A stretch of DNA of 26,576 nt from a candidate division WOR-3 bacterium (lineage in GTDB: Bacteria; Hydrothermota; Hydrothermia; B15-G9; WFZT01): contig JALUEE010000100.1 of the NCBI GenBank assembly GCA_027053075.1, forward strand, positions 1-26,576, given 5' to 3'. This document shows, piece by piece, positions 1 to 7,800 of this stretch. A model generated the notes under the pieces. The model did no database searches. It had not been told where the DNA came from and saw nothing but the letters and a program-made list of their open reading frames with translations. The translations under genes were made by a program, and so were the position numbers. Positions within the stretch are counted from its first letter, which is position 1; each line of letters begins with the position of its first letter.

Positions 1-72
1 CGTATGGAGGGTGGGTAGTGAGGGGTGTCCATCAAGTCGGTTTTACCTTTTAGGGGTTTGGTGGTGAGAAAG

Positions 73-113
73 AGTGGCGGGGCCCACTTGCTTCGCAAGT
101 GGGCCCCGCCACT
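73..113. repeat. Perfect 19-bp GC-rich hairpin with a 3-nt loop (GCGAAGC on the minus strand)
   Basis: AGTGGCGGGGCCCACTTGC (73-91), loop TTC, GCAAGTGGGCCCCGCCACT (95-113). The arms are exact reverse complements and there is no U-tract on either side. Confidence 0.9.
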
Positions 114-189
114 TAAGGGGTGATTGCTTGAAAATTTGAAAATCAAGATATATTTATCTTTTATCTATCCTTGCAAACTCAAAAGCTTT

Positions 190-230
190 CCCTCCCCCGC
201 GCTTCGCGCGGGAAGGACCAAGGGTGGGGG
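190..230 (-). repeat. REP-like palindromic repeat copy (reverse orientation)
   Basis: CCCGCGC-TTC-GCGCGGG stem (196-212) followed by a purine tail AAGGACCAAGGGTGGGGG. Its reverse complement resembles the copy at 268-305. Confidence 0.7.
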
Positions 231-267
231 CTTTCCGCTTGAAATCTCAAAAAATTTAAGATGAAGA

Positions 268-305
268 CCCTCACCCCAACCCTCTCCCGCTTCGCGGGAG
301 AGGGT
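268..305 (+). repeat. REP-like palindromic repeat copy
   Basis: C-rich leader CCCTCACCCCA, then a 12-bp stem ACCCTCTCCCGC (279-290), loop TTC, GCGGGAGAGGGT (294-305). Confidence 0.85.
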
Positions 306-343
306 GATTCTCAGATTTTTGATTAAAATTTTCTTAGTTGTGG

Positions 344-388
344 CCTCTCACCTTACCTCTCCCCGCAAGAAATTTATGCGGGGAGAGG
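344..388 (+). repeat. REP-like palindromic repeat copy
   Basis: Leader CCTCTCACCTTA, then a 12-bp stem CCTCTCCCCGCA (356-367), 9-nt loop, TGCGGGGAGAGG (377-388). Confidence 0.8.
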
Positions 389-532
389 AAGAATGTAAAG
401 TGTGTTAAGCCTCAATTGAGGTTAAAGGGCGCTCATAAAAGTTACACAAGGATGATAAGAAAGGTTTTGGTGGAATGAGAGTTTACACAAAATCGGTTAT
501 AATTCCGAAATGAATCATATGGAGAATTAAAA

Positions 533-1555
533 ATGCCTTTCAAAGCACTACTTAATGGACGTTTGGTAATCTCAATAAATTTATCCGACGAAGAGTGGGA
601 TGAATTAAAAAGGCAAACAAGGTCAGGAAAAATTGAATTAATTTTACCCTGTTGCAATAGTCCAGGCTATCTCAGGAAGAGTAAATACGGAACAAAACAT
701 TTTGTTCATAAGAGAGGTTTTAAGTGTGATAAATGGACACATGAAAGTTTTGAGCACATGAGATTGAAAGAGATGGTTTATAAAGTATGTATCGAAGAAG
801 GTTGGAATGCAGATGTAGAACATGTTTTACCAAGTGGAGAAATTGCAGATGTTTATGCTGAGAAAGATAATAAAAAAGTCGTTTTTGAAATCCAGTTGAG
901 CCACCAAAATTTAGAAAGATTTAGAGAACGCCAGGAGAAATATTTAAAGGACGGGATAAGAGCGTTCTGGTTGTTTAAACCCACTAAGAGTAAATCTGAG
1001 GAAATTCTTAGCTCTTCAAACGAAAAACTACCGATCTTTGCTATACAGGAAGGAAAAGATGAAAAAGAATTTTGTGTGAAGATTAATGATGTATGTATGC
1101 CAATTGAGACCTTTGTTAAATACGTGTTGAGAAACAAATTACAATTCCGTGTAAAAACTCTTAAAAAAGAAAAAGTACCCGTTAAAGTTTTTAAGACTTC
1201 TACTACATGCTGGAAATGCGGTCGAAGAATAAATGTAGTGTTTATTGATCCACAGAGGGATCAAGAGTTGGATTTACCACTTTATAAAGTGTGGCAGATT
1301 ATTGCAAAATTGCAAAAGCGTGGTGCTCCATTTTTCTCAGATGTCGGTCCTATAAAATATTTGTACAGTAAAACCATGCGGATTAAGTACTGGATGAACA
1401 CTTGTAAATACTGTGATGCGAAGATTAGAGACTTCTTTTTAAACTATGAGATTGCATTGAAAGCCTTATATGATGAGAATTTACCCCACGTTATTGTTGA
1501 ATTAACACTTCAGGAGCCAATTGAGTACATTGATAAACGATGGATTATAAAGTAA
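533..1555 (+). CDS. CoiA-like protein: PD-(D/E)xK-type nuclease domain with N- and C-terminal Cys/His zinc-binding motifs
   Basis: 340 aa with a GGAG SD. N-terminal PCC...KHFVH...C...ESFEH; nuclease-like ADVY...VFEIQLS...ERQEKY...GIRAFWLF; C-terminal CWKC...CKYC. Confidence 0.75.
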   Translation: MPFKALLNGRLVISINLSDEEWDELKRQTRSGKIELILPCCNSPGYLRKSKYGTKHFVHKRGFKCDKWTHESFEHMRLKEMVYKVCIEEGWNADVEHVLPSGEIADVYAEKDNKKVVFEIQLSHQNLERFRERQEKYLKDGIRAFWLFKPTKSKSEEILSSSNEKLPIFAIQEGKDEKEFCVKINDVCMPIETFVKYVLRNKLQFRVKTLKKEKVPVKVFKTSTTCWKCGRRINVVFIDPQRDQELDLPLYKVWQIIAKLQKRGAPFFSDVGPIKYLYSKTMRIKYWMNTCKYCDAKIRDFFLNYEIALKALYDENLPHVIVELTLQEPIEYIDKRWIIK

Positions 1556-1688
1556 GTTACTGTTTTAGGGATCCAAGGCTGATCTGAGTCAGATAGAAAG
1601 TCCCCAAGTATTGTTGTTTTAAAAAATTGCTCTTAATTTAATTCAAATTCGTGATACTTCTTTGATATTTTTTTAATGCTAAGAGATT

Positions 1689-2807
1689 TCACGGATACAC
1701 GCGGGTTTGGAGTTTTTCCTCCTTAAATCTAAATGAAAATGGGGCATTCGGGTCAACTTCGATGTATCCGTTTTTTATCTCAAAGGGTGGTTCTGCGAGG
1801 TCTTCGTTGTAAAACTCTGATGCCGGTGAAAAATCACCGGGAAATTTCTCACAAACCCCGGGCATGGAGGCAACAACCATGTTCTGTATCCTTCCCCATG
1901 TTGTCTCGAGCATCCCACCAATAAATGCATGGAGGACTCTCTTCTTTATCTCCTCTGCAAGCTTGAGAGAATTATAGAGTCCCCCGACACGAGGTGGCTT
2001 TATATTCACAACCACGTCAAAAAGTTCAGCAGCCTCTCTAAAGTCAATAAGTGTCTCAATGCTTTCATCAAGGGAAACAGCAGCTCTCGTCTTTTTTGAT
2101 AGGAGACTATGCATGTAAATAGCTTTGGGTATAAAAGGTTGCTCAATCTCATCAACAAGCTCACTCACGTCGAGTATCTCTTTCCAGTGCTTTTCATCAA
2201 AGGGGTCAAAAGAGCCATTGGCATCAACAGAAATAAATTCCGGGGCAAACTTCTCTTTCACAAATTTCACAGGTTCTATAGACCAGCCTGGCTTAATCTT
2301 GAGCTTTATGGCTCTTATTCCCTTGCCAAAAGCCCACTTGACATGGGCTCCTATTTCCTCAAAGGACCCTATTCCGATGCTGCTCTGGAGTCTAAATCTT
2401 ATTTTTGACGGCTTGAGAAAATCAAAAAAGCCCTTCCCCACCTTTTGCAGAATTAGATGCCACAGAGCAAATTCAATACCAGATTTGGCAAAGTTGTTTC
2501 CTCTATAACTTTCGTGAATTTCCAGAAGCTCAGAGATGGAAATTTCTTTTCCGGTTATTTGCTCCAGAACAATTTTCGAGAAGTCAATTGTGGATTCGAG
2601 AAATTCAGCACTGTAAATGGGCTCTTGCAGCACCGGGATTTCACCAAATCCTTTAAGCCCTGCACCTGTTAGCTTGATCACGGGAACGTTTTTGGTTTTA
2701 ATGACCCCACGGCTGATTGCAAATTCTCTTTTCATCTCGAGGTCAACTACATATATTTCTGCGCGGTAAATCCTTATTTTTTCGTGTAAAATCTCTTCAA
2801 ATTTCAT
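1689..2807 (-). CDS. Enolase superfamily (MLE subgroup) enzyme, N-acyl/N-succinylamino acid racemase / o-succinylbenzoate synthase (NSAR/OSBS)-like
   Basis: KLKIKPG (KxK), VDANG, EIEQP and LDESI metal ligands, NIKPPRVGG, GGMLET, PGDFSPAS, N-terminal EPIYSAE. AAGGAG SD; overlaps the upstream gene by 11 nt. Confidence 0.85.
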   Translation of the reverse strand: MKFEEILHEKIRIYRAEIYVVDLEMKREFAISRGVIKTKNVPVIKLTGAGLKGFGEIPVLQEPIYSAEFLESTIDFSKIVLEQITGKEISISELLEIHESYRGNNFAKSGIEFALWHLILQKVGKGFFDFLKPSKIRFRLQSSIGIGSFEEIGAHVKWAFGKGIRAIKLKIKPGWSIEPVKFVKEKFAPEFISVDANGSFDPFDEKHWKEILDVSELVDEIEQPFIPKAIYMHSLLSKKTRAAVSLDESIETLIDFREAAELFDVVVNIKPPRVGGLYNSLKLAEEIKKRVLHAFIGGMLETTWGRIQNMVVASMPGVCEKFPGDFSPASEFYNEDLAEPPFEIKNGYIEVDPNAPFSFRFKEEKLQTRVYP

Positions 2808-3963
2808 TGAGCACTCCTTTTTCTTTTAAAAATTCCTTTAACCTCCAGTGATTTTCCGGTAAATTGCCGTTTTTGATGGCCATTTTGCGTGCAGCATTTA
2901 TATTTTTCCAGATGCCGAGCTCTTCCGCTTTCCTGTTAATGTTTTGGGCTTCTTCGAATATTCGCGAAAAAACTACATAAATCTTTTCGATATATTCTAT
3001 TCCCGGTGGGGTTCCTATGTGCCTGATTTCAATGAAACTCTTGTTGTCAAAAAACCTCCATCTCGCATCCCAGAAGACCCACCAGTCCATTTGAGAAAGA
3101 TACTCATGACCTTTTACGAAGACTTTCCTGTATTTTAGTTGATCTCTGTCGAGGTCCTCAACCTTTTCAATGATAAATCCGTGTGTGCCCTCTATAACAT
3201 CCCTGGCCTTTACATTGTTGTCAAAAAAGAGGAGTTGTCCGTATTTGTAGGTTCCTTTTGTTGTGAGAATCTTCGCGCGTGTGTTTTTGAGCATTTCAAT
3301 GTAATGCTTAGAGCTTTGGACTTTGCCGGGGATTCCGAGCATGTCGCTATCAAAGGGATTATTTCGAATCATTTTCTCCCAGGCAAGAAGCCTGTATTCG
3401 TGGGTTGCAAGAGGGCTGTTGCCTCCGAGGGTTGAAATCAGGACAGGTGAAGTTGCAAAAATAGCGTTAATTTTTTCTGCAAGCTCGTCCGGGGAAACAT
3501 CAATTGCGGGCTGGAAACTGGCGCTCAAGTAGAGCTCGTGGTGTTTCCAGTTCCAGAATCTACGAATCACCGCATAGAGGCCGCGTCTCGTGTAGCGCTT
3601 GAGGTATTCTTCAAAATTGATGAGCCTGGGATACTGTGATACCCATAAAATGGAAAAATTTCTCGATTTGATGGCAACTTCAACGAGTGTAACAAGCTCT
3701 TTAATCTTTGCAACTGCTTCTCTTATGGTATCAGCGGGTTCAATGGCAAGCTCAAAAAGAGAGGCTGAGGAGTCAAGTCCAATGACACCAAGTCCCTCAA
3801 TTTCATAGCCGAGGAATGCACCTGTCAGGATGTCGGTATTGGGTTTGAATTGAGGAAGGACTTTCTCGAAGTCTGGGATGAGCTCGAGCCAGTCTTTCCA
3901 GGTTATGGGGATTCCATTTTCATTTACAACGATTAGCTCAAGCTCTGCTCCAAACTTTGTCAT
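2797..3963 (-). CDS. Glutamate--cysteine ligase family 2 (GCS2)-like gamma-glutamyl ligase, amine acceptor unknown
   Basis: N-terminal FGAELE (GxExE), LFELA, SASFQPAID, DARWR...FIEIRH motifs of the GCS2/YbdK/EgtA fold. ATGA overlap with the upstream gene. Confidence 0.7.
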   Translation of the reverse strand: MTKFGAELELIVVNENGIPITWKDWLELIPDFEKVLPQFKPNTDILTGAFLGYEIEGLGVIGLDSSASLFELAIEPADTIREAVAKIKELVTLVEVAIKSRNFSILWVSQYPRLINFEEYLKRYTRRGLYAVIRRFWNWKHHELYLSASFQPAIDVSPDELAEKINAIFATSPVLISTLGGNSPLATHEYRLLAWEKMIRNNPFDSDMLGIPGKVQSSKHYIEMLKNTRAKILTTKGTYKYGQLLFFDNNVKARDVIEGTHGFIIEKVEDLDRDQLKYRKVFVKGHEYLSQMDWWVFWDARWRFFDNKSFIEIRHIGTPPGIEYIEKIYVVFSRIFEEAQNINRKAEELGIWKNINAARKMAIKNGNLPENHWRLKEFLKEKGVLNEI

Positions 3964-4634
3964 TTCAGGAAAAATCTGTCGAGGAGAGTGTGGAGGTATT
4001 TGTTTGATTCACTGATCTTATGGGGATCAATCAGGTTGTCAGTCTGGATAAACTTATCGGGGACGAGTTCGCTGGCACCATTTTTGATGAGCTCGGCAAG
4101 AGATTCTTCTGTGACCTCGAGGTGGAATTGAAGTGCCATGACATTGTCGCTGAAAAATCCCTGATTTTCTGTTGCCTCACTCCATCCTATTCTTTTGTAG
4201 CCTGCTGGAATTTCGAATGTGTCCCCATGCCAGTGGAAGGGAGTGATTTTCTCTGGAAATCCGCTAAAGAACGGGGATTCCAGTGCCACGTGGGTGAGAT
4301 GGACGTCAAACCAGCCAATTTCTTTGAATTTGTTTGGGAAAACCCGGGAATTGAGCGAATCTGCGATGAGCTGTGCACCAAGACAAATACCTAATACCTT
4401 TTTACCGGCCTCGATGGAGTTTCTGATGAAGGATTTTTCTTCCTGGAACCATGGGATGTCGTCATAGACACTCATTGGGCCACCCATGATTACGAGGAAA
4501 TCGAAGTCAACCACGTTGGGCAGCGGGTCGTTCTGGTAAAATTTTGTAAATGTAATCTGATGCCCCTCTGCCCAGTTTATGATATATCCAGGCCCTTCAA
4601 AAGGAACATGCATGAGTACGTGCATCCTCATCAT
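3960..4634 (-). CDS. Stand-alone class I glutamine amidotransferase-like protein (possible gamma-glutamyl hydrolase)
   Basis: IMGGPMSV, LGICLGAQL (nucleophile Cys), HWHGDTF, QFHLE (His-x-Glu). No synthetase domain is fused. Confidence 0.9.
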   Translation of the reverse strand: MMRMHVLMHVPFEGPGYIINWAEGHQITFTKFYQNDPLPNVVDFDFLVIMGGPMSVYDDIPWFQEEKSFIRNSIEAGKKVLGICLGAQLIADSLNSRVFPNKFKEIGWFDVHLTHVALESPFFSGFPEKITPFHWHGDTFEIPAGYKRIGWSEATENQGFFSDNVMALQFHLEVTEESLAELIKNGASELVPDKFIQTDNLIDPHKISESNKYLHTLLDRFFLK

Positions 4635-4640
4635 TTACCA

Positions 4641-4669
4641 ATTATGGCATGCCATTTTCAGACTGCCAA
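4641..4669 (-). promoter_or_regulatory. Sigma70-type promoter for the GATase operon (probably leaderless)
   Basis: Minus strand: TTGGCA (4669-4664), 17 nt, CATAAT (4646-4641) with an extended-10 TG. The ATG begins 6 nt after the -10 and there is no SD. Confidence 0.55.
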
Positions 4670-4744
4670 GAGGTTAAGGTTTATTAAAATGGTCTGCTCT
4701 CAATTATTCCCTTACCTGAGATGTGTAGGGGAAAAATCGATTTC

Positions 4745-4799
4745 TTTAAACAAATTGCAAATGAGATTATAATTTTCACGGATTAATCTTTTAAGGAGG
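4745..4799 (+). promoter_or_regulatory. Putative promoter and RBS of the STAND-TPR gene
   Basis: TTTAAA (4745-4750), 17 nt, TATAAT (4768-4773). SD AAGGAGG (4793-4799) lies ahead of the GTG at 4805. Confidence 0.5.
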
Positions 4800-4804
4800 G
4801 AGAA

Positions 4805-7800
4805 GTGAATTTTGAAGATGTGATTAACATAATAGCCTCTATCATTGATTCACTGATACCCATACCTGCAGGCACAATTGGGTTTATGTTTGTAAATAAA
4901 TGGAGAAGGAATAGAATCCTCGCAAGGGTTATTCAAGCTACGTTAAAAGACTTCCAGAAATCAATGAAGATGCGGGGAACTGTTTATGAGACTGCTGCAT
5001 CCTGCCTGATTAAAGCTTTCGAGGATGAAAAAGACACGGTTAAAAACCTCGTTAAGGAAGCTCTTGAGGAAGGTGAGATTAAATCAACAGACAGGTTCAG
5101 GGAAACACAGTGTTTTCAGGGAATACCAGATGATATTCTTGCTGAAGTAAGTAATGAAGTTGTAAAACGAATACTCGGGAGTTTATGGGAATACAAGGAA
5201 TTCAGGGATGATGCAGCTTCTTTTTTAATTAAAACCCAGGCTGAAAGACTCGAACAAATTAAGAAGAGATTAGACGAATTCAAAAATGAATTGCCAGAAA
5301 CTTTGAGAGAGTCGATTAAAGCTATTATTACCGAATATAAGAGAGAAGAAGCTCTTGAGCAATTGAGGACAACAACTGCAAAGTTTCCTGAAGGACAGGA
5401 ATTTTCTTTCCATGAGCTTAAGGCGCAGTATCGGCTAATCCCATTTACAGGAAAAGAATCGAAGGCATTAAAAGATGAGATTGTTCAATGGGCAAAGAAA
5501 CTTAATGGTGTGGGGTTACGCTGGCTCTATGGTGCAGGTGGCGCTGGTAAGACACGACTCATGGTGGAAGTGGGCGAGGAACTTAAAAATAGCGGATGGA
5601 ACGCCTATTTCCTCCCCTTAGAAGAATGGGAAAAAGAGCACATGAAGTATTGGGTTGATAATGACAGGCCTACAATGCTCATTGTTGATTATGCTGAGAT
5701 GCGTAAAACGGAGCAGATAACAGACCTGCTAAATGCGGCTATTGGAGCCAAATCTGATGACACCAATCCACTTGCACTTGTATTGCTCACTCGTGAAGCA
5801 CCGAGAATTAAAGGTTCACAATCCAACCTGTTATCTGATGCCCTCCAAACATGGTCAGTTCAGGGGACTAACTCTTTGAGGCGTGAAATTTTTAACAATG
5901 CACTGCGAGAGGCAAAGGCTATCCCGCCACTCGATGAAATTGATAGAGTCGAACTTTTCAAAAAAGCGGTTGAACAGTTTAGAGAGCGTTTGAGAATATC
6001 TTCTAAAGCTATATCTTATGATGCTAATGAATTGCCTTCTCGTCCACTTGCAATTATTTTGCTTGCATTCCTTTTTGCACAGGGGCGTCGAGATGTTGAA
6101 AGCTCTAAGGAAGAGGAAATTTACAGTGCTGTGTGGGATTGGGAAAAGGGGAAGTGGGAGAAGACCTTGAAGGCTCTCGGACTATGGAAAAATCAGCCTG
6201 ATTTGATGAAAGAGGCGATAAATCGCATAGAGCAGTTGCAGGTGGCAGCTACATTGGGTCTTGGGTTTTCTAATAAAAAAGATAAAGATATCGTGAATTT
6301 CTGGCAAAAAGTGGATAATCTAACTGGTAAATTTCCTCTACTGGATGGAAAAGACCTTATCAGATTGGCTGGTCAGATACCACAGCTATTTGCAGGTCAT
6401 GGAAAGGGTATGTCTCTTGTGCCAGCTATTACGCCTGACCCATTAGCTGATTTTGTTATGGCAAATCTTGTTATTCCAATTTCATCACTCAATATACAGG
6501 GTTACGAAGATGATTTATGGGACTTACAAACAGTTATGGAATCACATCCACTGGCAATTATTGCATGGGCAGCACTACCTGAGCCAATTAAGCTTGTGTC
6601 CATAGAGTTAACAGAAGAATTTTGGGTCTTCAACATGTTGAAGATTATAACTCGTTTGAGGGATGCGTATCCTGATGCAGGCCAGGTTCTGGCCAAAATC
6701 CTTGCACTATGGTTAGAGCACACCGTCCGTGAACTTTATACCAAAAATCCGGATTTCACAAGGAAATGGCTCAAAATCTGGGAACATGTGCTTCCATCTC
6801 ATCCAGAACGCACAGTAGCACTGAGAGAATTGGTAGCTTCCTATTACAAATCACAATATTTTATAGCAACAGACGAAGCTGAAAGGGCTTCTTGGGCTAA
6901 CAATCTAAGCGTCTCACTTTCGGCACTCGGCAGAAGAAAAGAGGCATTGGAAGTTGCAAGAGAAGCTATGGAAATTCGCCGTAGATTAGCGAGTGAGAAT
7001 CCACAGGCATTTGAACCTGACCTCGCTATGAGCCTCAACAATCTTGCCACTTCCCTTTCTTATACAGGGCGAAGGGAGGAGGCACTGAAGATTGCAAGAG
7101 AAGCTGTGAAAATTAGTCGCAGACTTGCGAGGAAGAATCCACAGGCTTTCGAACCTGACCTCGCAGTGAGTCTCGCCAACTTTGCCGCACTCCTTTCTGA
7201 TGCGGGACAAAGGGAGGAGGCACTGGAGGTTGCAAGGGAAGCAGTAGCTCTGTACCGCAAATTGGCTAAACAGAATCCACAGGCATTTGAACCTGACCTC
7301 GCTATGAGCCTCAACAATCTTGCCACTTCCCTTTCTTATACAGGGCGAAGGGAGGAGGCACTGAAGATTGCAAAAGAAGCAGTGGATTTATACCGCAAAC
7401 TTGCAAAAGTGAGTCCACAGGCATTTGAACCTGACCTCGCTATGAGCCTCAACAATCTTGCCGCACTCCTTTCTGATGCGGGACAAAGGGAGGAGGCACT
7501 GAAGGTAGCAAAAGAAGCTGTAGAGATTCGCCGCAGACTTGCGAGTGAGAATCCACAGGCATTTGAACCTGACCTCGCTATGAGCCTCAACAACCTTGCC
7601 ATTTTCCTTTCTGAAGCAGGGCGAAGGGAGGAGGCACTGAAGATTGCAAGAGAAGCTGTGGAAATTAGTCGCAGACTTGCGAGGAAGAATCCACAGGCTT
7701 TCGAACCTGACCTCGCTATGAGCCTCACCAATCTTGCCGCACTCCTTTCTGATGCGGGACAAAGGGAGGAGGCACTGAAGGTAGCAAAAGAAGCTGTAGA

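Noticed and set aside
1..388. CRISPR array or intrinsic terminators
   Set aside because: Copies differ in sequence, length and orientation and are irregularly spaced, and there are no cas genes. The hairpins lack U-tracts.
1582..1594. ATCTGA-G-TCAGAT inverted repeat after the CoiA-like gene
   Set aside because: It is too short to distinguish from chance and has no U-tract.
1689..2807. Annotating as menC (menaquinone synthesis)
   Set aside because: No other men genes are in the window and the motifs fit the promiscuous NSAR/OSBS subfamily, so the symbol was withheld.
2797..3963. Annotating as gshA or egtA
   Set aside because: The fold is supported, but the acceptor cannot be read from sequence and no gshB or egtBCD genes are adjacent.
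3960..4634. guaA or trpG
   Set aside because: It lacks the GMP synthase ATPase domain and has no synthase partner. The motifs fit stand-alone GATase1 proteins.
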